From Tubulanus polymorphus (lineage: Eukaryota > Animalia > Nemertea), in assembly GCF_964204645.1 (NCBI RefSeq), contig NC_134025.1:13702001-13766000 (forward strand): a stretch of DNA of 64,000 nt, written 5' to 3'. Shown one piece after another: positions 37,440-51,653 of the stretch (positions within the stretch are counted from its first letter, which is position 1; each line of letters begins with the position of its first letter). A program made the position numbers and the translations under genes. The notes beneath the pieces were generated by a model. It had not been told where the DNA came from. It made no database searches and saw only the letters and a list, made by a program, of their open reading frames with translations.

Positions 37440-39632
37440 TTATAATGTCACGTTTATTCTACAACGCCCAAAACTGAAATGAAAAGTGCGCATGATTGGT
37501 GGGCTGGTTTTGCCTCAGATGTTTGATTACATATTAGTGAATTAGGTAAAAAATCTATTAATAACAATGGAAAAAATTGATTCATTTTATTCAACTACGC
37601 CTTTCCTTTCGCACCGGCTCGACAAGAAAAGTCTCACTTCACGACGATTATAACCATCAATCAAGCGATAGTGTCGCTGTCGGATTGGGTTGGCTCAATC
37701 AGAGGGCGGATCGTCGACCATTCACCGTCATACAATTATTAGACGGCGCTGAAGGCGTGTATTGGTATTTTTACGCTTCACCTTGCCGAAGAATCATCAG
37801 AACTCGACACAAATTCGTCTCGAAAGTATCATTTCATTGCTCCGATCATCTTGCATTTGCTCTGGAATGGCTTCTAGTCTGATAGGGGTGAGTACTAATG
37901 TTGTAACTCTCGGTGTTGTGTGTTCATGAATTGTCATACACACACGACTGCTCGGACCTGTCAGATTGTTAGATTCCTTCCTGCATGTTCCAAGTTGATG
38001 TTGTGAATTTGATGACAGACAATCATTATTATTAACTCAAACAAACGAATATGGATAAATTGACTAGTGAGCCTCAGTGAATTGCGGCTACGTTTGGACT
38101 TGGTTGCGATCCCAACCACCGAATCATTTCTCGAAGAAATTCTAAATAGATTGAAACAATTATCATATAAGTGAAAAACAGTGAAACGCCGTATCCTGTT
38201 TCGGATTGTTGGGAATCTAAGAAAAATGATGTATCCGTATGCAAACCATGTAAGTAGGGCAATTTATTTATTCATTTTTTTTCAAACACCGGAGACCGGA
38301 GTCTCAATAAAACAGAAATTTAAACAGAAATCTCAATATGCGTACACTTGATGGACTCCGAGACACACCTTCAGCCTTCCCGTAGATTTCACAAACAGAT
38401 TCCGCAAGAATCACGAAACGGGGTCTACGCGTGAATGTGAATGATTCGAAAAATGATTGAGCGAAATAAATTATTTAACCTTACTAATGCTGGTACTGGA
38501 GCAATGTTCAGTGGAAAAATAACTGTCATTTTGTCGAGTTTTCCGTACACAATTATATTTCGGATCGGATAATCAAAATGTAAAATTGATAAGATTATAG
38601 GCTTTATATTTAATATGCATGATATTTTCTACATGCGCTAAAACGCGCTTATGTATATTGAACGAAAAATAAATAAGATCAGACAACCGCGCATTCTTGA
38701 AAAAAATCAAAACAAGCCCACAAGCGAAGGAGGTGTTTAATTTATTATTTGATGTGAGAAAATAAACAAACACTATCCACGAAAATGCCTCGGGTATATA
38801 AAGCACCCGACTGGTTGATTGAGCTCAAATTTCATCAGTCTATCTTCTTGATAATCGCATTTGAAGCCATCGTTTAATCGTATTAAAGAAATTCTGTATG
38901 CAAGGATTTCTTGTTATTCACAGAGGTAAACAGGGGTAGCCGGAAACAATCATCCGATTAGATCACAATCAAGTTCATATTTAGAAGTGCTTAAGTGGAC
39001 TTGAGTTTGTCTGTTATGAATGAGTCGTCTGCCCTGTTCGTCCTGGACCTAAAGAGTCCATGGTAGACCCTATATAAATTATGCAAATATTTTCGTATCT
39101 ATTCGTATATATATATATATAACTGTGTTGGCCAAATCGTATAAGGCTCTTAATAAACCAACCAACCAATACCGGAATTTACATGGAATCTGCAACAACT
39201 GAACTCGCTATTCATAAAACGACTATAATAACACAACGGCAAGCACGATACACAGCGGAAATACCTTTTTATGCGCGATTTCTACTATGATCCCTTTAAT
39301 TCAAGCTATGGCACTTTTTGATGCTTTATGAATGAAGTCCGGGGTGTTAGGAATGAAGTAATATTCTCTACCAGTCTATTGCGGCTATACGAGACAAGAA
39401 ACCATGAATTGTGAATGCAACTCTTTGACATCGACCATTTCGAATGCTTATAGCCAACCTCCCATGGCAATAATTCTTTGATTTATTTCCATTATTTTTT
39501 ACGGTGAGCAAACCGTTGACGCCAAAGAATAAACAAAGTGACTGAATAATCTATTGCTATTTGATTAGTTGGCCCGTCTAACATAGACCAGGGTGTGGAA
39601 GAGATTTGTTCCTGAATGAAATCAAGCGATCG

Positions 39633-39687
39633 ATTGGACCTTGGACGTATAAACTAGAAAGTTTAGTTTATACGTCCATGATTGGAC
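39633..39687. mobile_element. Transposon scar: 17-bp inverted ends with a 7-bp filler, flanked by a 7-bp duplication
   Basis: ATTGGAC|CTTGGACGTATAAACTA-GAAAGTT-TAGTTTATACGTCCATG|ATTGGAC. Confidence 0.7.
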
Positions 39688-42110
39688 CTAAGTAATCTTT
39701 GATCATTAACTCTGGGGTTGTCCTTATGTACCCATCTATTTATGAAATCATATCTTAAGAAATTATGTTTATAATGTTGAAGTAAATAAATCATTATCAA
39801 CTCTCTGATTTCAAGTTTCTGATTTCTTTTGATAGATTGGCTATTCTAGATATAGGGCAAAATAAGAGTATTCCAATTAACGAAAGATAACACATTTTAT
39901 TGTTCGCCGGTATTCGCTATGGGTTTTTCCAGTTATTGATTTCGTTGGGAGTACGGTTATCAGATTTGTGTTGAGAATTCCTTCCAATCGCGATTAGAGG
40001 GCACCGCTTGTTTAAGTTGACAAGTCTTTGTACAACCCTTCTTTGTTGAAAAAAAACTAACTATAATATCGACCTTTGTTCGACGGTGAGCAATTTACCG
40101 TTGAACTTGCACCATTGTTGTGTGAATTGAATTAATTACAACAAAAACGTCCAAAGTATAAGAAACTGTGTGCTCGAATCTGGCTACAGCAGACTTTCGG
40201 AAAGCCGTCTGCCATTGGTCGATTTGCGGGAGCAGGTGCCCTGCATATTTTTGTGAGAAATATGCGATGGGGAATCAAATTGTCTGCTTGAAATCTGGAC
40301 GGATTTTCTCATGCAAGAAACGTGATTCGATGAACACCTGTTGTAGACTGCGAGGCAACATAGCACACCTCAAAAATCGTCAAAATGATGAATTTCTAAT
40401 ACAAAGTTAGTATTTAACATATTGTCCTTTAGATGCGCGAATAAAATTTTGTCGGTCAACTTCGCTATGGAATTTTGATATTTCCAAATTGAAACCTTAT
40501 TTCTACATATAGTCTAAAGTCATTTCAAAAAGCCTCTGGGAATGATAGCGCATTTTGATTTCTCGCGCTTTGGGCTTAAATGTTTTACAATCAACTTGAA
40601 CTATATCTTTCATTCGTCTTAAAAGTGAAAATGAAACGGGTTTTTATAATAATCAAAAGGTAAATAGAGGCATTCAACAATCACTCCAGTAAAGTTGTTT
40701 TGTCGCTGCGAGCGTTGAATATTTGTTTTTCTGTGAAGTTGTTATAATCGAAAAATAAAATCGATGTTGTTCCATCGTCGAAATTAAAGACCTATTCAAT
40801 TGGGAGACGCCTACAAATAGGCTTATCCGTTCCAATCCGAAGCGCCAGTAATTTAGTGACACGTATGATTTAACCCGCGACATCCGTTGGCAGTATGTTT
40901 TTTAAATTGATGCCGCGTATGTTCTTGCTAAATATAAGTACTCCGATGCAGTATTTGTTCGTAACTTAACTATTGTCACACGCATTATGTAAAATGGCTG
41001 CGGGTTCACCCGATGGCTGCAACCTTCTCGCAGATCTATACTAACCCTACCGGATGTATATATATCAGCGTTTATTTGATCTCCTTTTCTAAAAGTTAAT
41101 TGAAATAGATTTGAACTTTGTTCCAATATCCAAGTTGAAATAAAAACAGTCAACCAATTCTATCAAGAGTAGCATCGAATGACAATTCTACCGGATTCGA
41201 GTTAGTAACCAAACTAATCGATATGCAAAATATACCCGCTCTATTTTCTTTTCTTATTAAACAGGCGACCGTAGAATGATCGTCAATTTAAGGCAATTAT
41301 TTAGCCGATAATCAACAACATTGTCAGTAAAGACCGGAAATCTTGAAGTGGGCTCTATTAATCGCTGTGGAGCGTAATAAGTACCTTTCTGTAGGCATTT
41401 CATCCTTCGATATTTCCGAAAAGATCCGCGTATACGCTAGGCGTGTAGACGATACTATTGACAGTATGGCGGTATTGATTACCCAATCAGGATGCAATAT
41501 TCCACGATTGTTCACCAGGGAGCTTCAAATTGGTCATTTACTAACAATTATTTATTTGATTAAAAGGAACTTGTCGGAAACGAGAAGTATTCCGTGTCGT
41601 CTGCCACAATGTAAACGCGCGGGAAAATTGCGTCGTAATGAAAGTTGACGAGCGGTAACTAAGTCGCCAGCTGACAACAGAAGGGAAAGCGTAATTGCAG
41701 CGCTCCGTCTTAAACACAAAGAACGAACAGTTAGAACAACTCTTTGGAAATACTGACTAGCTAATGATCTACCCACCCGAGTAACCGAGTAACAGAGTAA
41801 CACTGAGATTTTCGTGATTCCAGTTATCGTGCAATAAATTGGATTGCAGGATCACTTTTATTGCAGCAAGTTCATTTGATCGAAACCACTGTCCAAGTAG
41901 ATGCAACCTAAGTCTGACATAATGGATTCGACGTTCGTGCACGCGCAAAAATAGCAATGATCTGTGACGATTTGAAGTCTTTGAAAGGGTTTAAGGGATG
42001 GAAATTGTTCCGAGACGACAAGCGTGAAAGGGCATAAATCCAACTGCATCACATTGTGGCAATTTCTATATTGACTACGTATTTCAATTTTGTTTATTAT
42101 ATATTTTCAG

Positions 42111-43373
42111 GAGCATCCAACTTTTGGAGGGACACCGCTGGCTATGTTAGCCGCACAGTGCAGCAAATTAAATGACAAAAGTCCACCACCTCTGACGACT
42201 GATCCAAGTATCGGAAAAGGTTTTCATCCTTGGAAAAAGTCCATGGTTACCTCGCCAAGTGGTCTGAACATCGGTGGACAGAGAATGGCAGGACTTGGGC
42301 CATCGATAAGTAGTGCCTCTTTGGCTTATCCGAAAACCTCCGTGACATCCGCATGTAGTCCGACGTCTTATGGCGGAGAACTGTTCTATCAGTCGTCTCC
42401 AACCACCACTCACGCTCAAACAGACTTCATGCAGAAAATGCACGCCGATAGTGGACTCAGTAACGGCGGTTATAGTGCGTACTCCAGAGTTCCAGGACTT
42501 GGTGGCCACCCTTACGAATCATGGCCGTTCAATATGGCGTCGGCGCCACACGGTATAAAATCAGAAGTGACACCAGGAGTAAACTCCGCGTCAGCTTGGT
42601 GGGATGTTCACAGCAATCCTACTACGTGGCTTACCGATGTTAGTAATGCGAGTGGACTCCATTCCCAAATCTCCGCTAATTACCCGAGCACAGACTATCC
42701 ATTAAGTGCATTAGGTTCAAATTCGTCCGCATTTTTATCATCGGGACAGCACATATTACAGGACACGTACAAATCAATGTTACCGTCACAGAACGAGCTT
42801 ACGTCGTCGCCATCAGTGACAAGTCCGTTCCTTACTAGACCAGGGCTCACAACGATGCCCAGTCAGCGATCGCAACGTCGATACACCGGTCGCGCTACTT
42901 GCGATTGTCCGAATTGTCACGAAGCCGAACGACTCGGTCCAGCCGGTGCTCATCTTCGCAAGAAAAATATTCACAGCTGCCACATACCCGGATGCGGAAA
43001 GGTGTACAACAAGACGTCACACCTGAAGGCACATTTGCGCTGGCATACCGGTGAGCGGCCTTTTGTTTGTAATTGGTTATTCTGCGGCAAGCGGTTCACT
43101 CGGTCTGATGAGTTACAGCGCCATCTAAGGACCCATACGGGTGAGAAACGCTTTGCCTGTCCCGTCTGTAACAAAAGATTTATGAGAAGTGACCACTTGA
43201 GTAAACACGTTAAGACTCATAACAATGCGGGCGGAAAGAAAAGTGGGAGCAGTAGCGATTCTGAAAATAGCCAGGGCGAAGGTTCAAACGCTATATCCCC
43301 GGCTTCAACGCCGCTGGCCCCATCCCCTTTGTCAAATAATGGACTCATTAATATCAAAGATGAATTAAAATAA
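42111..43373 (+). CDS. Sp6-9: Sp6-9 (Sp8/Sp9, buttonhead-related) C2H2 zinc-finger transcription factor, main coding exon
   Basis: Acceptor ttttcAG at 42109-42110, Sp box [25 protein letters not shown] motif, Btd box RATCDCPNC, three fingers ([36 protein letters not shown]), stop TAA at 43371-43373. The ORF-track start at 42090 is intronic. Confidence 0.95.
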   Translation, partial: EHPTFGGTPLAMLAAQCSKLNDKSPPPLTTDPSIGKGFHPWKKSMVTSPSGLNIGGQRMAGLGPSISSASLAYPKTSVTSACSPTSYGGELFYQSSPTTTHAQTDFMQKMHADSGLSNGGYSAYSRVPGLGGHPYESWPFNMASAPHGIKSEVTPGVNSASAWWDVHSNPTTWLTDVSNASGLHSQISANYPSTDYPLSALGSNSSAFLSSGQHILQDTYKSMLPSQNELTSSPSVTSPFLTRPGLTTMPSQRSQRRYTGRATCDCPNCHEAERLGPAGAHLRKKNIHSCHIPGCGKVYNKTSHLKAHLRWHTGERPFVCNWLFCGKRFTRSDELQRHLRTHTGEKRFACPVCNKRFMRSDHLSKHVKTHNNAGGKKSGSSSDSENSQGEGSNAISPASTPLAPSPLSNNGLINIKDELK

Positions 43374-46300
43374 TCGCGAAAAACTAATTCGATATAGTTA
43401 CATTATATAGATATTTATATGAATCAAGCTGCATTTGAATTTTACTTTATATACAGCTGTTTTATTTTCTGTTGGCTTTTCTTTCATAACTAATTCTGTG
43501 GTCACTGTTTGTAGGGAAACGAGAAACGGCATCCGACGTGGACAAAGGTAAAAGCAAAACCATAAAGACAGAGTTATCCATCCCGAGTTCACGTACGTGA
43601 AGCGTATAATGAGTGTGTCCTGCGCACCAAAAACGATATGATTTAAAGACACTTTGTGTGTGCATGTTCAATCCCGTCATGTTTGTCACTTGTTTCCCTA
43701 CCTTTTTAACCGTTCCATTCGTTTGTTAATTATCGATTTAACACAGAACAAACTTCCTGTAGTAGGCCCGACTATATTTGTTGTTTTTTGTGTATCATTC
43801 TTGAGTATTTGAGAGCAAGAAATTTAGAAAATAAGAAATAGATATGTCACCTATGTCATTCGTATTCAAATAATGTAATTCAATAGTTTCAGACTTTGTG
43901 TAATGTGACATTCTTAAATTAAGCTAAATCAACCTTCGGCATTTAACTCGGGATCAAGTATATTTAATAAGTCAGATCCCTTTTCAAACAATAGGCACTG
44001 TATGACAACGCCTGTGACTACAAAGGTCAGAAATCGTTACAAATTCTAGATTGCTATTTCTTAAATTACAAACGTGTATCTATGGCGCACGGAGAGTATT
44101 AATTTGGAGACGATAATTGAAGTCCCGATAAATACGTCCCTCACCATCCAATTTGCAATTTGCACTGACGTGGCTTTAAAACCAGTTATTGTACGTCGCA
44201 CGTACCGAATTTCAGATAAGATCACTCGAAAGGGAGTTGCCTCAACGCTGCTTGTAATATGCGCAAACGATTTCTTCTATTCCTTCTAGTATTATTAATT
44301 TAGACTGATAATTGCTCCGTCAATAATTCAAAGACAACTGAATATTATCGCCTCGCAGTGCAAATCATACAATAGATCCATTTCTTCCCATCTTTCTGGA
44401 TAATTGGTTATGATTATTTCCATTATGAACTATATAAATTAGCAGCAGAAGTCATAACCGACGTATAACGTTACAACAAAATCCGATGATATCGAAAATC
44501 TTAGGCTGCGTTCCTTTCAGCAATTCAATAAGAGTGAACAAAAACCTTTTCAACTCGCAGTGGAAAAATAATACACTTTAGACCTGGAACATGTTTTATG
44601 CGTATGTGTACAAAGTCTGTATTTGTTTGAAAAGAAATATATGAAATTTGAAAGAGTTCAATGATTGTTATGTTAGTTGAGATTTCTTATTTCCGAGTCA
44701 ATAATTTATTCAGTTATGTAATTTAATCCATGATTTGTTAATAAGGCGCGGACATGAAAACAGTATAATAATAATAATGATAATGATAATAAAAATAGTA
44801 ATATCTATATATTTCTTGTCCGAAAAAAAAATGTTTTTAGCATTCTCTGAAGGGCGAATACAAATCGACAAGTGGACACGACACTGCATTGATTTTGCAA
44901 TTAGAAACGACTGTTGTTATTGGTAATTTGAAGCGCGGCAGTTCCGACTTCTGATCTTTGTGTGCAGGCCTGATCGAAACTTGCGCACCTTGATGTCAAT
45001 TTCTCCAAGCCCAATTACTGTCCAATTACCATTTGTCGTCCTAATTAATTGTAATTGTATGGGGTGCCAATTAGAAAGAACGCGACATATCGGCTTTTCG
45101 CACATCTAATGATAAGGACCCTAGCAAGAATTATTCACTGGTTTCCATTTAGAGATATTTGATTTAGGAATGCTTTAATATACCCATATAATAAAATCAC
45201 CGTTGATTTCAGACATATCATTACTACGTTGTATATATGTGGCAAAGGGTCTCCAGGCTTAGCATTGAAGAAAATTTGGTGCCGCAAAAGCGCTCTCAAG
45301 GCTGCAACCATAGAATAAGCAATATTTAGGTATAACACCCTCGATGATTAGAACTATTATCATTGGAAACCTAGACTTTAAGAGATGTTAGATGGTAACG
45401 CTGAAACTGCATTCGGAGTTAATGAATACACGTTTAAAATACGAAAGTGAAGAAAGGATTTTCCAACAAAAATCTATACGAAATTCTACGCCCTAAAGAC
45501 AACGTAACTTTGGCATATACACGCACTTCGAACCCCGGTGTGAGCAGATTATTAAAAGTTATTCTAAACAAACAAAGTAGGCTTATTGCATCCAGAAGCA
45601 AAATACTTCGATCTCGTCGATCATGACAATGTTGTAATGCGTAGGGATATTTTTATATATGATTGATTCAGGCGTGAATAATGTGTTCGGTTAATGGTAA
45701 TAACGATTTAATTTTTTCCATGGCTTTACATGACGTGTCGTTTGATTTCACCAAGATAAACACCGGATCCACAATATTGTGGCTTGTAATAAGATCTATC
45801 CGGGAGCAAAAATACTCGCATTGGACAGATGTATCATTTATCTCTAGTATTAAGGAATAGCCCATACCCCGAAACACCCAGTCGCAACTGGGCCTGATTT
45901 CTAAGCCAACCCCGATGTACGCAATTTTTGTACCCTGATGAATTGGGCAATTTGACACCTCTTCCCCTAGGTCTACGTTAAGATGAACAAAAGTACTAGA
46001 CCCTACTGTTCTCACTAAACGTCAATCCTGTATCGATTATTTTCATTGCCAATTTTGCCTGTCATGTAACATGAAAATATTATGACATATGCGTCGCAAC
46101 TCATCATTATATCAACTTCCGTCGTCACAAAATGCAGCCAACACTGCCAATGGACGCTTATGAAAATAAAACTGACACGAAAATCGACCCCCATTATGAA
46201 ATAACAACTCTGACAGAAATGGAATGGAAATACGTAATATACATCTTGAGACCTTAAAAGTTCGACAGCATTTTTTCTGAACCGTTGAAACAGATTTATA

Positions 46301-49135
46301 AACATCTTTTTTTGGGGGGGGGGGGGATAGAGAATTTCTTCTAACTCTACTCATTCATTTTGGAAGAAGATCGTGAATCGTTCAAGGCTATGCGGAAACA
46401 TAATGTAATGCAATCTGCAGGGATATTTCTCGCTCTATTCTCAACGGGACAAACTTATCACGCGTCTGTAACAGATACCCGTCGCTGGAACATAAATTGG
46501 GATATAACGTAAGCCTTAGTACATCCATCACCTGATTGCCTGTATTTGCCGATCTGAAACTGTCTTTCAGACAGAGATATACAGTCCTTAGCCACCATTC
46601 CCAGCAATAAGACAATTAAGCGTCTCGTTAGTCGTAATTTGGGTGTGTTTCCAGAAGATTTGATAGGGTAGCTTTACAAACATTTTGAGCAATTCATTTA
46701 GTTGATCGCGCAGTTCGCCTTAATGATCTTTTGCTGTTTACCGAGGATTATCGGCGGTTTTTGTTCCTTACGTCTGCTCCGAGTAATTGAAACGATGCCC
46801 GATGTAGAGTCTTTTGTCCTAGTCAGGAAGTACTGAGATGTCCTGACAGTACTGACGTAGAGCAATTTGTCTCAGCGGAAAAAGTGCTCAATTTCATTAC
46901 TTTTCAGTTATCCCATGTAATTATTGGAGTGGGGCGTACAGAGGGGTTTGCACGTACCTGGTAGTTCGCTAATGTAAACTTCTATTTATTATTTCTGCAT
47001 ATGGGCACACCCATCATGTAATTTACCTATCTCAATCTACATTGAAAATTTTTTTCTTAGTGACAATTTAACCCTCATTTACGATAGGGGTCAATTGGAA
47101 AACGGGGTTTGAGAAATCATCTTTGGCGACTCCAACAGTGAGCTATAATTACCTATTCTACCAATGATTATATACCTATTTTGTTTTAGGCGACTTCTCT
47201 TAAACGCAATATGTCCCTGCAGATTTTTGTCACCTTGGTTCCTGAGGATAAAGGTGTTGTCATCAATAAATGAACTAATGCAGTAAGTGTATGCATGGAT
47301 TATGCTGAGTATGTGGTTTAAGTTAGATTTCAGCAGCTGAAGTGAACTCAAACTGAATGGTCGATTTCAAAGCCTTCGTACAAACTTTGACGACTATTCG
47401 ACGAAACTGCACAGTCCCCTGAGGGTGTGCTACAGAACACAAAAGCAATTATTGCAGAGCGCGCAGTTACAAAGGTGGGTTTTGTGGATTTGCTATAATG
47501 GATCAAAGTGTTATTTCTTGATGTGGGTATTTTGGTGACAGTGTGGATATTTACATATATATATATATCTATAGTTTCTATTGCTGCGGAGCCACAGGTG
47601 CAGTAGGAAAATTGCCCACAAAATTACGTAGACTGTAAAATACAGTTTTCCAACGTCGCATGTTGTAAAATGTTTTCCAAAAATGGGCAGAGCCACGGAC
47701 CAATCAGATGCCCAAATACCGTTGCAGAAAGAAACAGTTCTACCCTCAATCAGTCGCTTGCCAGTTCAGGCTGGTTGGTAGATCGTTCGAATGAACCAGA
47801 ACCGAAATTTCCAATTATGTACCTTAAAAAAAATTTCGACCGCCGATCTCACAACTTCAACCCCCTGTTTCGCTCCCGGCAGATGTGAGTTTGTTAGGGG
47901 CACCAAATCAAATCTACCAATCAAATAAATAACAGGGTAAATCCCTATTTTAAGATCAAAACAACCATGTCCCCTGGAGCCCCCATTCACAGAAGGGGTT
48001 GGCTGCTCCGAATGATATTATTGGACATTCTCACACAGCTCTACGAAACATTTGGAAAATAAAGTTGACGATACTGTTATAACTGATTAACCCCAGTTGT
48101 AAGAATACTCATAGAGAGAACTAAACCCTGAATCCAGTTGAATATACTTGGCTTCACCTACATTGTCAGATTCATAAGTTTCTGGCCCCACCACGCATGA
48201 AAACTGACGGAGCCGGGCGAAATTCAAAGGCATAATTTATAAGAAATGGACACATAATTGATATATCACACTTGCAATGTATATTTAAAAAAACATATAT
48301 AATATATAACATGCATCGTATTATTACAAGATTTCGATGTATATGCTTTTATACTCATTTATAATCTTATTAACAGTGAACAAAATTTCATAACATTTTT
48401 TTTACAAATAATATCTTAATAAGATTACATAGAGAATACACGTAATATATCATACATTATACAGAATATTTCGTCTTATCCCAATCAGTTAAATCTAGAT
48501 GTTTAATCTTATGATCTAGGGCCTACGCAGAATATGAACGTGACTTTCTAATAAATCGGATTAATTTCATTGGTCAAAAATTAATCAAGTTCCACTGTTC
48601 TCAGTTAAAATTTGAGTTAAATCATCAAAATCGAAATGTACTAATTTAAGTAAAAGTTAACAGACAACAGTAGAACTGGTAGTACATAACTACTGCAACT
48701 GATGAAGCAAAATGTGCAGCATCATTTCCACGGAAAGACTGTGAATTAGGTCCTTCACACATATCTCAATGATACATTAAATTTCTAGGCAGATCAGCCA
48801 AAACAATGAACAAACAGATCACATGAACTGCCGTGCCATCTATTAGAAAATAGCCTCAATTACAACGAATAAATCTATACATATAATATGAACCTACCCC
48901 AATCAAAATGTATCCTTCAGTTAAAAGCACCATTATCACTAGATTATGTGATTATTACCACTTAAGATTTTCCAGGAATGTGGCTATGAAAAGTTAATAT
49001 CTACAGAATGAATAGAAAATTCATTTGGCTCCCAGGTTTCAAATCATGATTTGTACAATTTAAGCAATTTCACCAACCCATGTGGAATGTACGAGAATTC
49101 ACAACCAAATAAAATTCTACATTTCAAAAGCCCAA

Positions 49136-49220
49136 TGTGTGTATGTGTGTATGTGTGTGTGTGTGTGTGTGTGTATGTGTGCGTGCGTGCGTGCGTGCGT
49201 GCGTGTATATATATATACAT
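49136..49220. repeat. Compound microsatellite (GT)n(GCGT)n(AT)n
   Basis: Read directly from the sequence. Confidence 0.9.
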
Positions 49221-49221
49221 A

Positions 49222-49331
49222 TGTAATTGTGGTACTTCTATTTAATCATATTGGACTTCTTGACCTAAAGTTGTTGCTGATGTTGATGTATTTCATAGTT
49301 TTTTGTAAATTATAAGAGTTCCCCTGAATGA

Positions 49332-49423
<92 letters not shown>

Positions 49424-49548
49424 ATAGTGGTCATTCAGTCATTCAGGGGAACTCTTATAATTTACAAAAAACTATGAAATACATCAACATCAGCAACAAC
49501 TTTAGGTCAAGAAGTCCAATATGATTAAATAGAAGTACCACAATTACA
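49222..49548. repeat. Perfect inverted duplication, 114-bp arms around an (AT)n spacer
   Basis: 49222-49335 is the reverse complement of 49435-49548 with no mismatch seen. The spacer is (TA)n plus GTGGTCAT. Confidence 0.92.
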
Positions 49549-49980
49549 GACTGTTCACTTAAAAATCCAATTCACCACAGATCTAGAAAGGTTTGCAACT
49601 TAATCAAGATTCTTCCGAGAAATAATGCACATGCATTTTGAAATAGCTGAAAAATCTCAATACGACCTGAGAGATGCCAATTTTTGTAACACATTCTTAA
49701 ACATTTTCAGCAAAATTGTTCAATTAGCTAGAAGCCAGTGTATGGGAGTGCAGAATTTAATAAAAAATGTAAGCTATGCAACTGCTTTATATAAATATGC
49801 AAGTTCACCAATGTTTATTGTAGTTTTACTGAACAAATTATGATGATCCGATCTGAAAACATGGACTTTTACAAGAGATCTATGGAACTTGAAATACATA
49901 TAAAAAATATTGCTTTTATAATCGTTCATCTATACAATATGGCACATCACTTGATACTGCCTGCAAATTACCACACTATA

Positions 49981-50079
49981 GCCGCGATCACACGGGCATT
50001 TTCGGCCCAGGCCAAATTTGGCCCAAGCATGATCCATGCCAATTTGACCCGCGCCAAAGCATGTCCGTGTGATCGCGGC
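49981..50079. mobile_element. 99-bp MITE (PIF/Harbinger-like termini)
   Basis: TA|GCCGCGATCACACGG ... CCGTGTGATCGCGGC|TA. Confidence 0.8.
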
Positions 50080-51248
50080 TATCCAACATCGCACATAATG
50101 AACACTAATTGACAACCATGTAATAGGTTCCCATCATTTCTTAAAGGCTAGCTTATGTTGATCTGTGATTGGCAAGAACTAGCAGTGCATGGTATGCCAG
50201 CAGTTGCCTTCATATCTCCCCAACCTGAGCTGGCTTGTGGCCAAACCTGATGCAAACCCTATCTGAGTGCACATGTTCCACTACAGCATGACTGCCTCTT
50301 TGTGTAACTCAGAAAGAATTTATTGGTCCCGCCAAGATAGATGGCAAGCAAAGCTTACAATAGTACATATACTGCCCACTAGTTGTGCTAAATTACTAAA
50401 GCCAGTAATTAAATGCGTAGGTACGTTGTACTAGAATCATGCAAATGTGAAAACCTACCAGTTGTCATAAGAATACAAACAAGAAACCAGTAATATAATT
50501 TCTTGAATGAAATGTAAAAATTCATTCATCAATCAGTATGTTACTTAATCATCAATCAGTATGTTACTTAAATATTTTCTCGAAAAACTTTACTTTTGAA
50601 TACTCTTGTACAACTTATCACCGTAAATTGCTTATGGTAAAAGTGGCTTTTTTGTCATTAGACTGACTTAATTGGTCACATGACTACTAGTGTCTACCGT
50701 CGATTCGGTTGCCAGTGATCGTGGCTGATATGGGGTGAAGCAAAATCCAGCTAGTCGTACTTAGTTGCTAGAAATAAGCTAGCCTTAAGATATTTTATCT
50801 ATCCACCTTCTATTTACATGTATAATAATACAATATTTTGGCTACTTATGCAGGTTACATCACATACAACTCAGATAATACATAGCACCTTTATGTATAC
50901 GCTATTACAAGCGAGACTTCAAAATGTCTTCCTGAGCAACATGATGGAATAATACACTCGTGACATCTATAAACATACATATACATTGAGAACATTTTGA
51001 GTACATCATTATTCTACCAAGTCTATTAGGTGTCTCAATGGAATGCGATATATAAATCTAATGCAATAAAAGATGCCTGGTTTCTCATGATCAGGTCGAT
51101 TTTGTACTAAAAGGATGGGCGGGTGGATGGTTGCTCTTGATGGGATAAGGAAACTAAAAAGAAACTTTTTAATAGGACGACGACGGAGAATAGAAATCAA
51201 AAGTGGAACTCAGGGTGAAGACGACTTAGGTTGGTTGCTAAGACTTAC

Positions 51249-51301
51249 ACACTGTGGTGCTTTTCAAACACATTTGCAAGTCAGGTCCAAACGAAGTTCC
51301 A
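51249..51301 (-). other. Candidate 53-nt exon, probably non-coding
   Basis: Minus strand: ctctttgtctaacAG | exon | GTAAGT. Confidence 0.35.
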
Positions 51302-51554
51302 CTGTTAGACAAAGAGTTGAACATATAATGCAAGTTTAAGGTATTACAGAGATTTAAGGCAAAACGGAGCAGTTAGCATCCCTGCAAGTTTGAAAACTAG
51401 AGGGAAAAAGGTCCCAAGGCTCGAAATGTTGTAAGCTCGATCAACAAAATCGTTGTCGGTATGGATTGATATTGCCTTACATACAATTAGAGGGGTTGAG
51501 AAACGAAGGTATCATTTTAGCCCTCGGTGCACGTTTAATCAAAGTTATACTTAC

Positions 51555-51653
51555 CATGACCACCGGATACAGTCTGCTCTCGGCACAATCGCCAAGAACC
51601 CATGACATAGGCCAATGACCATGCAGTCCATGGGGTACAAGCTTCACATCCAT
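51555..51653 (-). other. Candidate 99-nt exon
   Basis: Minus strand: tgttaacAG | exon | GTAAGTAT. Two frames are open; one reads GCEACTPWTAWSLAYVMGSWRLCREQTVSGGH. Confidence 0.35.

Noticed and set aside
42090-42110. ORF-track N-terminus MFIIYFQ for the Sp protein
   Set aside because: It starts at TTG and is the polypyrimidine tract and acceptor of an intron.
51547-51560. ATACTTACC, identical to the U1 snRNA 5' end
   Set aside because: The downstream sequence is not U1; it is the reverse complement of a consensus splice donor.
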